Source: a bacterium (GTDB taxonomy: Bacteria > Patescibacteriota > Minisyncoccia > Phycocordibacterales > Phycocordibacteraceae). Taken from it: a DNA stretch of 64,000 nt. Made by a program: the position numbers and the translations under genes. The stretch covers positions 2,133 to 66,132 of the forward strand of contig JAJZTG010000003.1 in NCBI GenBank assembly GCA_021849125.1, read 5' to 3'. Below the pieces are notes generated by a model. The model was given only the letters and a program-made list of their open reading frames with translations, was not told where the DNA came from and made no database searches. Of the stretch, positions 19,810 through 30,060 are shown piece by piece (position 1 is the first letter of the stretch; every line of letters begins with the position of its first letter).

Positions 19810-21704
19810 GTACGAATTCTAGTGTCGGATATAACGAAGAGTACGCACGGTCGGTGGCCGAAACGGAGAAGTACTGGCAAGAGGCAGGGAAAAGGATTGA
19901 TTGGATTCGCCCGTACTCAAAAGCGGACGGATCTTCTTATGCGGGGAACGTGCAGATCAAGTGGTATGAAGATGGGACTCTTAATGTCGCTAACAACTGT
20001 GTAGATCGGCATGCGCGCGTACGACCCGATGCCCCAGCAATCATCTGGGTCGCGGATTCTGAAGGAGAGTCCCTTGTTATTTCCTACGAAGATCTGAGGA
20101 AGAATGTAAACAGGTTTGCCAACGTCCTGCGGATGCAGGGTGTAAAAAAAGGAGATCGCGTAACGTTATACATGCCTATGATCCCTAAGGCAGCGTATGC
20201 CATGCTTGCCTGCGCACGCATAGGGGCGGTCCATTCAGTCGTATTCGCCGGGTTTTCTGCCGAGAGTCTTGCTAATCGTATTGTTGACGCCGAGTCCCAT
20301 TTCATCATTACCGCTGATGAGGGTCGCCGCGGAGGGAAACGCATCCCGCTCAAGGAAACAGTCGATGAAGCGCTCAGGATTGCACGAATGGACGCGAAGG
20401 TGTTGGTCGTGAAGCACACGGGCGGGGATGTCAGTTTTTCGGAAAGACGCGATGTGTGGCTACATGATGTATGGGGGACTGTAGGTACAGAATGCGAGTC
20501 TGAGGAAATGTCCGCCGAGGACCCGTTTTTCATATTGTATACGTCCGGCTCTACCGGGAAACCGAAAGGGTTGGTTCACACAACCGGAGGATACCTCGTA
20601 TATGCGTCTATGACGCACGAGCGTATCTTCGCCTATCAGCCCGGGGAAGTGTATTGGTGTACGGCGGATATCGGTTGGATTACCGGACATAGCTATTTAG
20701 TGTATGGTCCGCTCGCAAACGGGGCGACGACGCTTATGTTCGAAGGTGTACCGAATCAGCCGACGCCGAAACGTATATGGGACATCGTTGATGAATGGAA
20801 CGTTTCCGTGCTCTATACCGCACCGACGCTTATCCGTTCTCTCATGGCGGCTGGAGATCGTTGGCTCGAAGGAACGAGTCGAAAATCTCTCCGTATGCTC
20901 GGCACGGTCGGCGAGCCAATAAATCCTGAGGCGTGGCGCTGGTACTACGAGAAAGTCGGCGACTCGCGTTGCCCGATTGCTGATACCTGGTGGCAGACGG
21001 AAACAGGAGGTGTACTCATAACCCCATTACCTGATACTGCGCCGCTGAAGCCAGGTGCCGCGATGAAGCCGTTTTTCGGGATAATCCCGGATATCGTTGA
21101 TGAGAACGGAGAGAGTGTACCACAGGGAACCCAGGGGAGGCTTTTGATACGAAGAAGCTGGCCGGGACAAGCACGTACGATACATGGTGACCATGCTCGC
21201 TTTATGGAGACATACTTTTCTGCTGTCCCCGGTGCGTATCTGACGGGAGACGGTGCGCATCGCGATGTCGACGGAGATTACTGGATAATCGGAAGAGTAG
21301 ATGATGTCGTGAACGTCTCGGGACATCGTTTCGGCACGGCCGAAATCGAGTCAGCGCTAGTAGCGCACCCTGCCGTCGCTGAGGCCGCTGTGATTGGCGT
21401 CCCGCATCCTATAAAGGGTCAGAGCTTGTTCTGCTTCGTCATTCTCCGTGATGGATACCAAGACGACGAGGGGCTTATTGCTCAATTGAAACAGCAAGTA
21501 CGAGCCGATATAGGCGCTATCGCGGTTCCAGATGATGTCGTTTGTGTCCCGGGCCTTCCCAAGACGCGTTCCGGGAAGATTATGCGCCGCATATTACGGA
21601 AATTGGTCGCAAGAGAAGATGATTTGGGCGATGTCTCGACGCTTGTCGATCCTCGTATCATCGAGGAGATCAAAACAGCATTGTCACTTAATCGGCAAGT
21701 TTAG
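19806..21704 (+). CDS. acs: acetyl-CoA synthetase (AMP-forming)
   Basis: 632 aa. [14 protein letters not shown]-binding motif, WWQTETGG, and a C-terminal [13 protein letters not shown]. Confidence 0.9.
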   Translation: MSTNSSVGYNEEYARSVAETEKYWQEAGKRIDWIRPYSKADGSSYAGNVQIKWYEDGTLNVANNCVDRHARVRPDAPAIIWVADSEGESLVISYEDLRKNVNRFANVLRMQGVKKGDRVTLYMPMIPKAAYAMLACARIGAVHSVVFAGFSAESLANRIVDAESHFIITADEGRRGGKRIPLKETVDEALRIARMDAKVLVVKHTGGDVSFSERRDVWLHDVWGTVGTECESEEMSAEDPFFILYTSGSTGKPKGLVHTTGGYLVYASMTHERIFAYQPGEVYWCTADIGWITGHSYLVYGPLANGATTLMFEGVPNQPTPKRIWDIVDEWNVSVLYTAPTLIRSLMAAGDRWLEGTSRKSLRMLGTVGEPINPEAWRWYYEKVGDSRCPIADTWWQTETGGVLITPLPDTAPLKPGAAMKPFFGIIPDIVDENGESVPQGTQGRLLIRRSWPGQARTIHGDHARFMETYFSAVPGAYLTGDGAHRDVDGDYWIIGRVDDVVNVSGHRFGTAEIESALVAHPAVAEAAVIGVPHPIKGQSLFCFVILRDGYQDDEGLIAQLKQQVRADIGAIAVPDDVVCVPGLPKTRSGKIMRRILRKLVAREDDLGDVSTLVDPRIIEEIKTALSLNRQV

Positions 21705-22941
21705 CAAACTGCCAGAGGGAGAGTAGAGCGCTAGTCGCCCGGAACAATCCTTGGGCTGCAATCGCGCCGGCCACTCCGTAGAAATATACGAGCGGGCCTA
21801 CCGAAACGATGAGTACGAGTGAGCCGATGTTCGTGATCAGGTACAGGGCGCGTGTTTTCTGATGTGCCTGGAGCACACTGGTGAGAATCGCGGTGATTCC
21901 GGTGAGGATTATGATAGGCGCGTACCACTGGGAGTAGGAGACGGCGCTCGTGTATACAGGGAAAAGCACCTTAAAGAGGTAGGGTGCAGCGAATATGTAG
22001 AGAACGCTCACGATGGTTATGCCGAGCGTGAGAATAGATAGTCGTCGCCAGAGCGAAGCACGTATTTCTCCGATAGGTCGAGCAGCGAATTTAGGCAACG
22101 AAAGCGATGCGGCATTCTTCGCGAGTGTCTTGATCTGCTCGGGTATGGCGATGGCGTACGCGTAGACCGCGAGCGAAGCCGGGCCAAGAAGCGTAAACAC
22201 GACGATGCTGTCTATACGATCAGCGAGCGTCGCGACGAACGTCATGATACTCAGGTGGGTACCGTAGGTGAACGTCTTCGGGTCGGTCGCGTCGTTGCGT
22301 ACTTGTTTCTTAGCGAGCAAATAGAACGCGATGCTTACCAACGCAGCCGTAAGAAAGTATGTAAGAACGAAGAGAATGGCGCGGTTCGTAAAGAACAGCA
22401 CAATGATGAGTGCTGCGGCGGACAGGAATGAACCGATGATGTTATAGATGCTGCTTCGTGCGAACTGTTTCTTGCCCAATAGAAAAGCATTGAAAAGTGA
22501 GAAGCTGTTCGTGAAAGGTAAGAAAAAAGCAACAAGGAGGAGAGCTATACCAAGAAAAGCGTTCTTGGCGACGAATAGATAGTACAGAGCGGTAGCTAGA
22601 GACAAGAGAATGACACCTCCGCTCCAACGGAGACTCAGTCGGAGGCCTTGCTTAAGAGACCCTTCATAGTCACGCGCAACTGCCCGAGTAATAGCAGTGC
22701 TGAGGCCAGTCAAGGAGAAGGCACCAAATATGGCGGCCAAAGATAAAACGTATTTATAGTTTCCGTACGCGTCTTGGCTTGCTAGGTGGCCGAACGCCAC
22801 AGCAAGGAGAAGTGCGAAAAATGATCCAGAAACCTGTTCGAGCACGAGCCAAAAGCCGCCACGGGATAGGTAGACCATGTCGGTCTTTGTATATTTTTCG
22901 CTCCAGCGGAGGAAGCGATAGAAACGGCTCTGGGAGTCCAT
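21688..22941 (-). CDS. polysaccharide biosynthesis protein / oligosaccharide flippase (Wzx/MOP superfamily)
   Basis: Roughly 12 hydrophobic segments. ATG start at 22941 is preferred over the TTG at 22968. The 3' end overlaps acs by 17 nt in a convergent arrangement. Confidence 0.75.
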   Translation of the reverse strand: MDSQSRFYRFLRWSEKYTKTDMVYLSRGGFWLVLEQVSGSFFALLLAVAFGHLASQDAYGNYKYVLSLAAIFGAFSLTGLSTAITRAVARDYEGSLKQGLRLSLRWSGGVILLSLATALYYLFVAKNAFLGIALLLVAFFLPFTNSFSLFNAFLLGKKQFARSSIYNIIGSFLSAAALIIVLFFTNRAILFVLTYFLTAALVSIAFYLLAKKQVRNDATDPKTFTYGTHLSIMTFVATLADRIDSIVVFTLLGPASLAVYAYAIAIPEQIKTLAKNAASLSLPKFAARPIGEIRASLWRRLSILTLGITIVSVLYIFAAPYLFKVLFPVYTSAVSYSQWYAPIIILTGITAILTSVLQAHQKTRALYLITNIGSLVLIVSVGPLVYFYGVAGAIAAQGLFRATSALLSLWQFAKLAD

Positions 22942-23010
22942 GACTGTATATGAAGTATAACCGCCCAAGTTATCCCAGGGTAGCGTGGTTGTCCTTCTTG
23001 CCGGGAGAGG

Positions 23011-23016
23011 TATACT
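23011..23016 (+). promoter_or_regulatory. -10 TATACT plus SD AAGGA for the 23057 gene
   Basis: Divergent intergenic region 22942..23056. A TATACT on the opposite strand (22954..22959) serves the flippase. Confidence 0.35.
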
Positions 23017-23056
23017 TACAGGCGTTATTCCTAAGTAACCAATATAAGGATTTCCT

Positions 23057-23878
23057 ATGAAGGATTACATGAAAGTGATAGGTGGGGCAGCAGTTGCCGC
23101 AGCGCTCGCTGGCGCGCCGCTCGTTGCGCTCGCTGAGGACAATGGCGGAGATAGCGCGCAAGTAGAGGTGCAGACGACGGGTGCGACGGCTCCGACGGAG
23201 GTTCAGAAGATGAACCGCGAGCATGCGCGCGAAGTCGCTCAGCAGATACGTGAGCAGGCAAAGAGCCGCGCTGAAGACATGCGCGCTTCTTCGACCGATG
23301 GGACTGACGAAGCATCCATGAACGAAGATATGGAGCAGGAGGATATGCCTGATTTCCGCGAGAATGAGAATGTCTCTGCGGCTCGGTCATTTGAAGATCT
23401 CAAGAACAAGATCGAGATGCGCAAGCACGAGCTCGAGCAGGAGCTTGCAAGCAGCACCGAGAAGGAACACGGGGTAGTGGCGAATGCCAACCCGGTCCGC
23501 CTCGCGGTCCATACCCTCCTCGCCTCAAAGGACCTCCTGGGCGGCATCGGTAGCCAGGTCTCTGAGATCGCCAAGCACATGAACGACTCGGTGGCCTCGA
23601 CGACGGCGGCAGAGGAACAGATCCAGTCGCGCGGGTTCTTGAAGCGCCTTTTCTTCGGAGGCGACAAGGCCGCAGCGAACGCGATCGATAATGCCGTAGA
23701 GCAGAACCAGCAGCACATCGATGAGCTCACGAATGCTCTCAATCAGGCGAACGTCTCAGCGGAACTGAAGGCGACGCTCGAGGCACAGATTGCAGCGCTC
23801 AAGGATGCTCAGGAACATCTTCAGGAAGTTGCACAGAAGGAGCAGCGCACCTGGGGTATCTTCAGCTGGCGTTTCTAG
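23057..23878 (+). CDS. secreted coiled-coil protein
   Basis: Signal peptide MKDYMKVIGGAAVAAALAGAPLVALA. The remainder is charged heptad-like sequence. Confidence 0.55.
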   Translation: MKDYMKVIGGAAVAAALAGAPLVALAEDNGGDSAQVEVQTTGATAPTEVQKMNREHAREVAQQIREQAKSRAEDMRASSTDGTDEASMNEDMEQEDMPDFRENENVSAARSFEDLKNKIEMRKHELEQELASSTEKEHGVVANANPVRLAVHTLLASKDLLGGIGSQVSEIAKHMNDSVASTTAAEEQIQSRGFLKRLFFGGDKAAANAIDNAVEQNQQHIDELTNALNQANVSAELKATLEAQIAALKDAQEHLQEVAQKEQRTWGIFSWRF

Positions 23879-23900
23879 CCGGAGCTTCTCTTACGAGATA

Positions 23901-23940
23901 AAGAGCCGCCCCGCGCTTCGCGCGGGGCGGCTCTTTTCGA
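23901..23940 (+). terminator. rho-independent terminator
   Basis: 15-bp GC-rich stem AGAGCCGCCCCGCGC/GCGCGGGGCGGCTCT with a TTCG loop, then TTTTCG. Confidence 0.85.
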
Positions 23941-23961
23941 GTGTGGTATAGTCTCTGCATC

Positions 23962-26133
23962 ATGCAGGAGACCGGTACGGCCAAAGGGATCGCGCGATGG
24001 ATCGCGCTTGCGGCACTCTTCCTTATCCCGTTTGCGCCGCTCGTCGTCGCGGACACGTTCTTCTTCCCGTTCATTACCGGCAAGGCTTTTTATATCCGCG
24101 TGCTTATCGAGATCGCGGTCTCGGCTTGGGCTGTCCTTGCGTTCCTTGATAAAGAATACCGGCCGCGTTTCTCGTGGGCGGGCGTCGCGGTCGTCGCATT
24201 CGTCGCCTGGATGGGGTTCGCTGACCTCTTCGCCCTGAACGTCGCAAAGGCTTTCTGGAGCAATTTCGAGCGCATGGAGGGGTGGGTGTTCCTCGTGCAC
24301 CTGCTCGGCTTCTTCTTCGCGGCAAGCGCGGTACTGCGAGCTGAGAAGAAGTGGCGCGCGTGGTTCCTCACGTCGCTTGGCGTCTCGCTCGTTGTCGTAG
24401 GCTACGCGCTCCTTCAGCTTGATGGAGCACTCGCGATCCATCAGGGCTCGACACGTATCGACGCGACCTTGGGCAACTCCGCCTACCTTGCGATCTACTT
24501 CCTCTTCAACGTGTTTATCGCGCTCTGGCTCGCGCTTACCGAGCGCCGCGCCTGGCTCAAATGGGCGCTTCTCGCGCTCGCGCTTCTCGAGGGCGTGCTC
24601 ATCTTCTTTACCGAGACGCGCGGTACCGTGCTCGGTCTGGTCGGCGCGCTCGCGCTTGCGGCCGCGCTCACCGCATTTACGGCAGGGAAGCGCGCTCGCC
24701 AATGGGCCGCGCTTGCCCTTACCGCGATCATCATTCTCGCCGGTGGTTTCTATCTCGCGCGCCAATCGTCATTCGTGCAGGACAATCATGTGCTGCAGCG
24801 TATCGCTTCCATCTCGCTCGCTGATGGGCAGGTGCGCTTCACGATCTGGCATATGGCCTACGAAGGGATGCTGGAGCGTCCGATCCTCGGCTGGGGGCAG
24901 GAGGGTTTCAATTACGTCTTCAACAAGTATTATGACCCGTCCCTCTACAATCAGGAACCATGGTTCGACCGCGCCCATAACGCTTTCATCGATTGGCTCA
25001 TGGCGGGCGGCATCCCGGCGCTCATGCTCTACCTCTCGCTTTTCGGTGCTGCGGTAGCGCTGCTCTGGAGGAGCTCGGAGCTTTCGCGTCCGGAGCGCAT
25101 CGCGCTCACGGCCGCGCTTGCGGGCTATGCGGTGCATAATTTCTTCATCTTCGACAATCTCTACTCCTACATCTATTTCTTCGCGATCCTCGCGCTCATC
25201 GATTCGCAGGTCGCACGTCCTATAGCGCGTCTTGAGCAGCTTCCTCAGCTTGGAGCGGAAGAGGGTATGACCTATGCGCTCCCGATGGCTGCCGCACTCG
25301 CGTTCGTGCTCGTCTGGGTGGTCAATGTGCCAGGCATGCAGGCTGCAACGAAGCTTATCGTGGCGCTTTCGCCTGCAACCGGCACGACAGGGAACATTGC
25401 CGCGTTCGAAGACCTTGCTGCGCACCCGTCGTTTGCCGCGCAAGAGATCCGCGAGCAGATCGTCTCGTTCGCCATAGCGACGGTCCAGGGCTCGTCTGCG
25501 ACGAATGAGGAGAAGCAGCGGGCAGCAGCACTCGCCGTGCAGGAGATGCAGAAACAGGTTGCCGCGTATCCGCTTGATGCACGCGGCCGTCTTGAGCTTG
25601 CGCTTGCGTATCGCATCGCAGGGGATACGGAGCATTCTCTCAAGGAGTTCGAAGCTGCGGCGGAACTCTCGCCGAATAAGGAACAGATATGGGTTCAGAT
25701 GGGTCTTCTTGCTTGGAATACCGGGAACATCGAACGGACGCAATCAGCATTCAACGCCGCCTATACGCTCGGACCGCAATTTGAAAACCTCGCGGCCTAT
25801 GCCGCCGCGGGCGATATAGTCGCCGGTGATATTAAGGACGCGGATAAGATCCTTACCGATGTATACGGCACGACGCTCGTCGATAACGATATCCTCGCTT
25901 CAGCGTACTATCGTACGAAGAATTGGCCGCGGCTTATCGCGACCTGGAAGCTGCGCGCCGATAAGCCCGATGCGACGCCGAATGATTGGTTCGGCCTTGC
26001 TGCGGCGTATTACGCATCAGGCGACATGACGATGACCGTCCGTACGCTCCGTGAGACGTCCGCACGCTTCCCTGAAGCGGCAAGCGCGAGCGAAGAAGCC
26101 ATCTCACAGATACGCGCCGCGACGGGCCGATGA
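23962..26133 (+). CDS. Wzy_C/O-antigen ligase-like polytopic membrane protein fused to C-terminal TPR domain (candidate glycan ligase or O-oligosaccharyltransferase)
   Basis: About 12 TM helices plus the periplasmic loop typical of O-antigen ligase/PglL. C-terminal TPR-like helices. ATG at 23962 is preferred because the extended -10 TGGTATAGT lies at 23944. Confidence 0.65.
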   Translation: MQETGTAKGIARWIALAALFLIPFAPLVVADTFFFPFITGKAFYIRVLIEIAVSAWAVLAFLDKEYRPRFSWAGVAVVAFVAWMGFADLFALNVAKAFWSNFERMEGWVFLVHLLGFFFAASAVLRAEKKWRAWFLTSLGVSLVVVGYALLQLDGALAIHQGSTRIDATLGNSAYLAIYFLFNVFIALWLALTERRAWLKWALLALALLEGVLIFFTETRGTVLGLVGALALAAALTAFTAGKRARQWAALALTAIIILAGGFYLARQSSFVQDNHVLQRIASISLADGQVRFTIWHMAYEGMLERPILGWGQEGFNYVFNKYYDPSLYNQEPWFDRAHNAFIDWLMAGGIPALMLYLSLFGAAVALLWRSSELSRPERIALTAALAGYAVHNFFIFDNLYSYIYFFAILALIDSQVARPIARLEQLPQLGAEEGMTYALPMAAALAFVLVWVVNVPGMQAATKLIVALSPATGTTGNIAAFEDLAAHPSFAAQEIREQIVSFAIATVQGSSATNEEKQRAAALAVQEMQKQVAAYPLDARGRLELALAYRIAGDTEHSLKEFEAAAELSPNKEQIWVQMGLLAWNTGNIERTQSAFNAAYTLGPQFENLAAYAAAGDIVAGDIKDADKILTDVYGTTLVDNDILASAYYRTKNWPRLIATWKLRADKPDATPNDWFGLAAAYYASGDMTMTVRTLRETSARFPEAASASEEAISQIRAATGR

Positions 26134-27155
26134 CAGTAGCGGAGAACGTCATACTTGCACCCTATACGACCTTCGGGATCGGCGGTCCTGCCGCAGCGTA
26201 TCTCGAGGTACGTACTGACGATGAGATAAAGGCCGCGCTCGCGTATGCTCGCGAGCGCGGCCTTTGCGTACGCGTGCTCGGTGCGGGGAGCAACCTGCTC
26301 GTTCCTGATGAGGGCATCAAGGCGGTCGTGCTCCGTATCGTGCCAGATGAAGTCTCGTTTGAAGAGAAGGACAGCGAGACGCTTCTCATCACGAGCGCAG
26401 GACTCCCTTGGGAACGGGCTGTAGATGCTGCTGCCTCCGAGGGGCTCTACGGCATCGAACTCCTTGCAGGTATCCCGGGGACGATAGGCGGCGGAGCCGT
26501 GCAGAACATCGGCGCGTACGGTGCCGAGCTTTCAGCCGTGTTTGCCTATGCGGACACGATCGACCTGAGAAGCGGGGAGCGTCGCCGAGTGTCGCGTGAG
26601 GAGGCTGCGTACGGATACCGCACGTCATATTTCAAGAATCACCGGGAACTCATCATCACGCGCGTCGCGCTCGGGCTCTCGCGTACGCCGCGCAGCGCTC
26701 CTGACTATCCGGATATAGCGCGCGCACGTGAGACGGGCGTCCCGCTCGGCACGCCGCGCGAGATAGCAAGCGCCGTGCGACAGATCCGCAGAGCGAAGTT
26801 CCCGCGTCTTGAAGAAGAGGGCACGGCAGGCTCGTTCTTCAAGAATCTTGTCGTACGAGAGACGCAAGCTGCAGCGCTTAAGGAGCGTTTCCCTGAGCTC
26901 CCGGTCTTTCCGCAAGAGGATGGGATGGCGAAAGTGTCGCTTGCATGGATTCTCGATCATGCGCTCGGTCTCAAAGGGTACGCGATAGGAGCGGCACGTC
27001 TCTTTGAGAAGCAGCCGCTCGTGCTCGTCGCGCGACGTGGCGCATCATCTGCTGATGTCGATCTCCTTGCGCGCGACGTGCAAGCGCGCGTGCATGCCGC
27101 GACCGGCATCATGATCGAACGTGAAGTCGAGACGTTTGCATGCGATGCGTCATAA
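26130..27155 (+). CDS. murB: UDP-N-acetylenolpyruvoylglucosamine reductase (MurB)
   Basis: FAD-binding TTFGIGGPA and LGAGSNLL, plus the C-terminal MurB domain. 341 aa. Confidence 0.85.
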   Translation: MTVAENVILAPYTTFGIGGPAAAYLEVRTDDEIKAALAYARERGLCVRVLGAGSNLLVPDEGIKAVVLRIVPDEVSFEEKDSETLLITSAGLPWERAVDAAASEGLYGIELLAGIPGTIGGGAVQNIGAYGAELSAVFAYADTIDLRSGERRRVSREEAAYGYRTSYFKNHRELIITRVALGLSRTPRSAPDYPDIARARETGVPLGTPREIASAVRQIRRAKFPRLEEEGTAGSFFKNLVVRETQAAALKERFPELPVFPQEDGMAKVSLAWILDHALGLKGYAIGAARLFEKQPLVLVARRGASSADVDLLARDVQARVHAATGIMIEREVETFACDAS

Positions 27156-27320
27156 AAATTTTTCTGAAAATTTTTTCGTGAGTTATCCACACATATTTAT
27201 TTTTTGATACATAAAAAGTTTTTTTACGCGCAATAATATTGTGTAGAACATTTGTGTATGAAAATATTTCACGCGCAGATGGGTCGACATATAAACCAAC
27301 ACTTCTAATTCACCACCACC

Positions 27321-27464
27321 ATGGCAACGAAGAAGCGCAAGGCAGTCAAGAAGACCGCAAAGAAGGCAGTCAAGAAGGCAGCCAAGAAGGCCGTCAAGAA
27401 GACCGCAAAGAAGGCAGTCAAGAAGGTTGCGAAGAAGCGCAAGGCAGCAAAGAAGCGCGCATAA
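27321..27464 (+). CDS. lysine-rich histone H1-like small basic protein (47 aa)
   Basis: MATKKRKAVKKTAKKAVKKAAKKAVKKTAKKAVKKVAKKRKAAKKRA. Absent from the ORF track because it is under 60 aa. Flanked by an AT-rich promoter region and a canonical terminator. Confidence 0.6.
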   Translation: MATKKRKAVKKTAKKAVKKAAKKAVKKTAKKAVKKVAKKRKAAKKRA

Positions 27465-27472
27465 GCTTCAAA

Positions 27473-27506
27473 AGAAAAATCCCGCTTCGGCGGGATTTTT
27501 CTTTTT
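27473..27506 (+). terminator. rho-independent terminator
   Basis: AAAAATCCCGC-TTCG-GCGGGATTTTTCTTTTT. Confidence 0.9.
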
Positions 27507-27522
27507 AGGCGGAGAAAGCTTT

Positions 27523-27531
27523 CCGTGGTAT
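27523..27531 (+). promoter_or_regulatory. extended -10 TGGTATAGT
   Basis: 11 nt upstream of the secA ATG. Confidence 0.4.
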
Positions 27532-27542
27532 AGTGCAAGTCC

Positions 27543-30059
27543 ATGTTCAGTCTCTCTGCTCTCTTTTCTAAGAATCAATCCGCGGCCTTCCTGAAGGCCG
27601 CGGCGCCTACGGTGGCGAAGGCGAACGCCTTTTCCGAAGAGCTCAAAGAGCTCTCGGATGCGGAAGTCCGCGCGCGTTTTTCCGAAGTCCGTTCCCGCGC
27701 TCTTGCGGCAGGCGGCGCGTCGAAGGATGACTTGCCGCTTGTCTTCGCGCTTACGCGCGAAGCGTCGCGCCGCACGCTCCGCCAACCGCATTTCGACGTG
27801 CAGTTCCTGGGCGGTCTCGCGCTCCTTGAGGGAAAGATCGCCGAGATGCGTACCGGCGAAGGCAAGACGCTTGTCGCGACATTACCTGCCACTTTCCATG
27901 CTCTGGCAGGGAAGGGCGTGCACGTCGTCACGGTAAACGACTATCTCGCTCGTCGCGACAGCGCGTGGATGGGGCAGGTCTACGATTTCCTCGGGCTTAC
28001 GGTGGGCGTGGTCACGAGCTCGGGAAATTTCCTGTACGACGCCTCGCATGTCGCCAAAGAAGAGGACGCCGAGCGTGACGCAGAAGGCTCCTTCAAGGTC
28101 TTCTATGATTTCCTGCGCCCGGCGGGGAAGAAGGAGGCGTATGCTGCCGATATCACCTACGTCACGAACAACGAGCTCGGTTTCGACTACCTGCGTGACA
28201 ATACCGCCTACGACCTTTCTCAGATCGTCCAGCGTGGACACCATTTCGCAATCATCGATGAAGTCGACTCTATCCTGATCGACGAAGCGCGTACCCCGCT
28301 TATCATCAGCGGCCCTTCGGGCGACTCGGAGAAGCTCTACGAGCGCTTCGCCGATATCGTCCGCTCCCTGAAGGAAGGAGATCACTATACGGTCGACGAG
28401 AAACAGAAGGCGGTCCAGCTTACCGAAGACGGCATCCGTGCCGCTGAGAAGGCGCTCGGCCTCGAAAATCTCTACGCAGAGGGCGGCATGAAATACGCGC
28501 ATCATCTTGAGACGGCCGTGCGCGCCCAAGCGCTTTTCCATAAAGATAAGGAGTACATCGTCCGCAACGGCGAAATCATCATCGTCGACGAGTTTACCGG
28601 GCGCTTGCAGCCTGGCCGTCGTTGGTCGGAAGGACTCCATCAGGCGGTCGAAGCCAAAGAACGTGTCGAGGTAAAAGAGGAGACCCGTACCTACGCGACC
28701 GTCACGTTCCAGAACCTGTTCCGCATGTATGAGAAGCTCGCGGGCATGACCGGTACCGCGCTGTCTTCCGAGGAAGAGTTCTTCACCGTATACGGACTCG
28801 AAGTCGTCGTCGTTCCCACGAATCGTGCGGTGTCGCGCAAGGACTTCGACGATCTCATCTTCCAGACCGCTGCGGGGAAATATCGTGCCGTCGCGCGCGC
28901 GGTGAAGGAGCGCTACGAGAAAGGACAGCCGGTCCTTGTCGGTACCGTCTCGATCGAAGATAACGAGATCGTGAGCTCCTTCCTCACGCAAGCGGGAGTC
29001 CCGCACGAGGTGCTGAACGCAAAGAACCACGAGCGCGAAGGCGAGATCATCGCGGATGCCGGCGGGGCAGGGAAGGTTACGGTCGCGACGAACCTTGCCG
29101 GTCGCGGTGTCGACATCAAGCTCGGCGGCGCGCTCGCGACGGAAGAGTCGCGTGCGGACGTGCTTTCTCGCGGCGGCCTGTCGGTCATCGGTACCGAGCG
29201 GCATGATGCGCGACGCATCGACAATCAGCTGCGCGGCCGCGCAGGTCGTCAGGGCGATCCCGGCGAGACGAGATTCTACGTCTCTCTCGAAGATAAGCTC
29301 ATGCGCGTCTTCGCTGCGGATACCTTGAAGAAAGTCATGGGACGTTTCGGCATCCCTGAGGACGAGCCTATCGAGAGCGCGATGATCACACGGTCCCTGG
29401 AGACCGCGCAAAGCCGTATCGAAGGCTTCAATTTCGATGCGCGCAAGCAGGTGCTCGCGTATGACGACGTGATGAACACCCAACGTCTTGCCATATATAA
29501 GGAGCGCCGTACCGCACTCGAGGGCGACGCGGAGACGCTTGAAGCGCTCGTACGCTCCTATATCGGGGGAAACGAGGATGCAGTGATGCTTTTTGAAGCG
29601 AAAAAGAGCGTGCTCGGCGAATCGTTCGTCCCGCTCTTGCGCCACCTCCTCTTGCAGATCATCGACCTCTTCTGGCTCGAACACCTCGAGACCATGGACT
29701 ACCTGCGTCGTTCCGTCTCGCTCCGCGCATATGGCCAACGTGACCCGCTTATCGAGTACCGTCGCGAAGGCCTTTCACGTTTCCGGACGCTTGAAATGAA
29801 CATCGCTTCGGCGGTCGTCGAAGCGTTGCCGCGCCTCGCGAACATGCAGGATGCAAACATCAGGGCGGAAGAGGAGAAGACACGAGCTGCGATCATGGCA
29901 GCAGGGAAGGAGGCAGGGGCTGCTCCGGCTCGTGCGGCCAAGACGCATGGGCGTAACGACACGGTAACCATCCGTAAAGGAGAAGAGACGAAAGAGTTGA
30001 AATTCAAGAAAGCAGAACCGCTCCTTAAGGATGGGTGGGTAATCGTCGAATCGAACTGA
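27543..30059 (+). CDS. secA: preprotein translocase subunit SecA
   Basis: 838 aa. DEAD-like motor motifs MRTGEGKTLVATLP and DEVDSILIDEARTPLIISG. Confidence 0.95.
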   Translation: MFSLSALFSKNQSAAFLKAAAPTVAKANAFSEELKELSDAEVRARFSEVRSRALAAGGASKDDLPLVFALTREASRRTLRQPHFDVQFLGGLALLEGKIAEMRTGEGKTLVATLPATFHALAGKGVHVVTVNDYLARRDSAWMGQVYDFLGLTVGVVTSSGNFLYDASHVAKEEDAERDAEGSFKVFYDFLRPAGKKEAYAADITYVTNNELGFDYLRDNTAYDLSQIVQRGHHFAIIDEVDSILIDEARTPLIISGPSGDSEKLYERFADIVRSLKEGDHYTVDEKQKAVQLTEDGIRAAEKALGLENLYAEGGMKYAHHLETAVRAQALFHKDKEYIVRNGEIIIVDEFTGRLQPGRRWSEGLHQAVEAKERVEVKEETRTYATVTFQNLFRMYEKLAGMTGTALSSEEEFFTVYGLEVVVVPTNRAVSRKDFDDLIFQTAAGKYRAVARAVKERYEKGQPVLVGTVSIEDNEIVSSFLTQAGVPHEVLNAKNHEREGEIIADAGGAGKVTVATNLAGRGVDIKLGGALATEESRADVLSRGGLSVIGTERHDARRIDNQLRGRAGRQGDPGETRFYVSLEDKLMRVFAADTLKKVMGRFGIPEDEPIESAMITRSLETAQSRIEGFNFDARKQVLAYDDVMNTQRLAIYKERRTALEGDAETLEALVRSYIGGNEDAVMLFEAKKSVLGESFVPLLRHLLLQIIDLFWLEHLETMDYLRRSVSLRAYGQRDPLIEYRREGLSRFRTLEMNIASAVVEALPRLANMQDANIRAEEEKTRAAIMAAGKEAGAAPARAAKTHGRNDTVTIRKGEETKELKFKKAEPLLKDGWVIVESN

Positions 30060-30060
30060 T

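Noticed and set aside
23875-25743. Minus-strand ORFs of 296 and 324 aa (RE/RR-rich) opposite the Wzy_C-TPR gene
   Set aside because: Highly charged, repetitive antisense translations. The plus-strand gene has clear TM-helix periodicity and a promoter.
27882-29738. 618-aa minus-strand ORF inside secA
   Set aside because: Antisense to an unambiguous SecA. No motifs.
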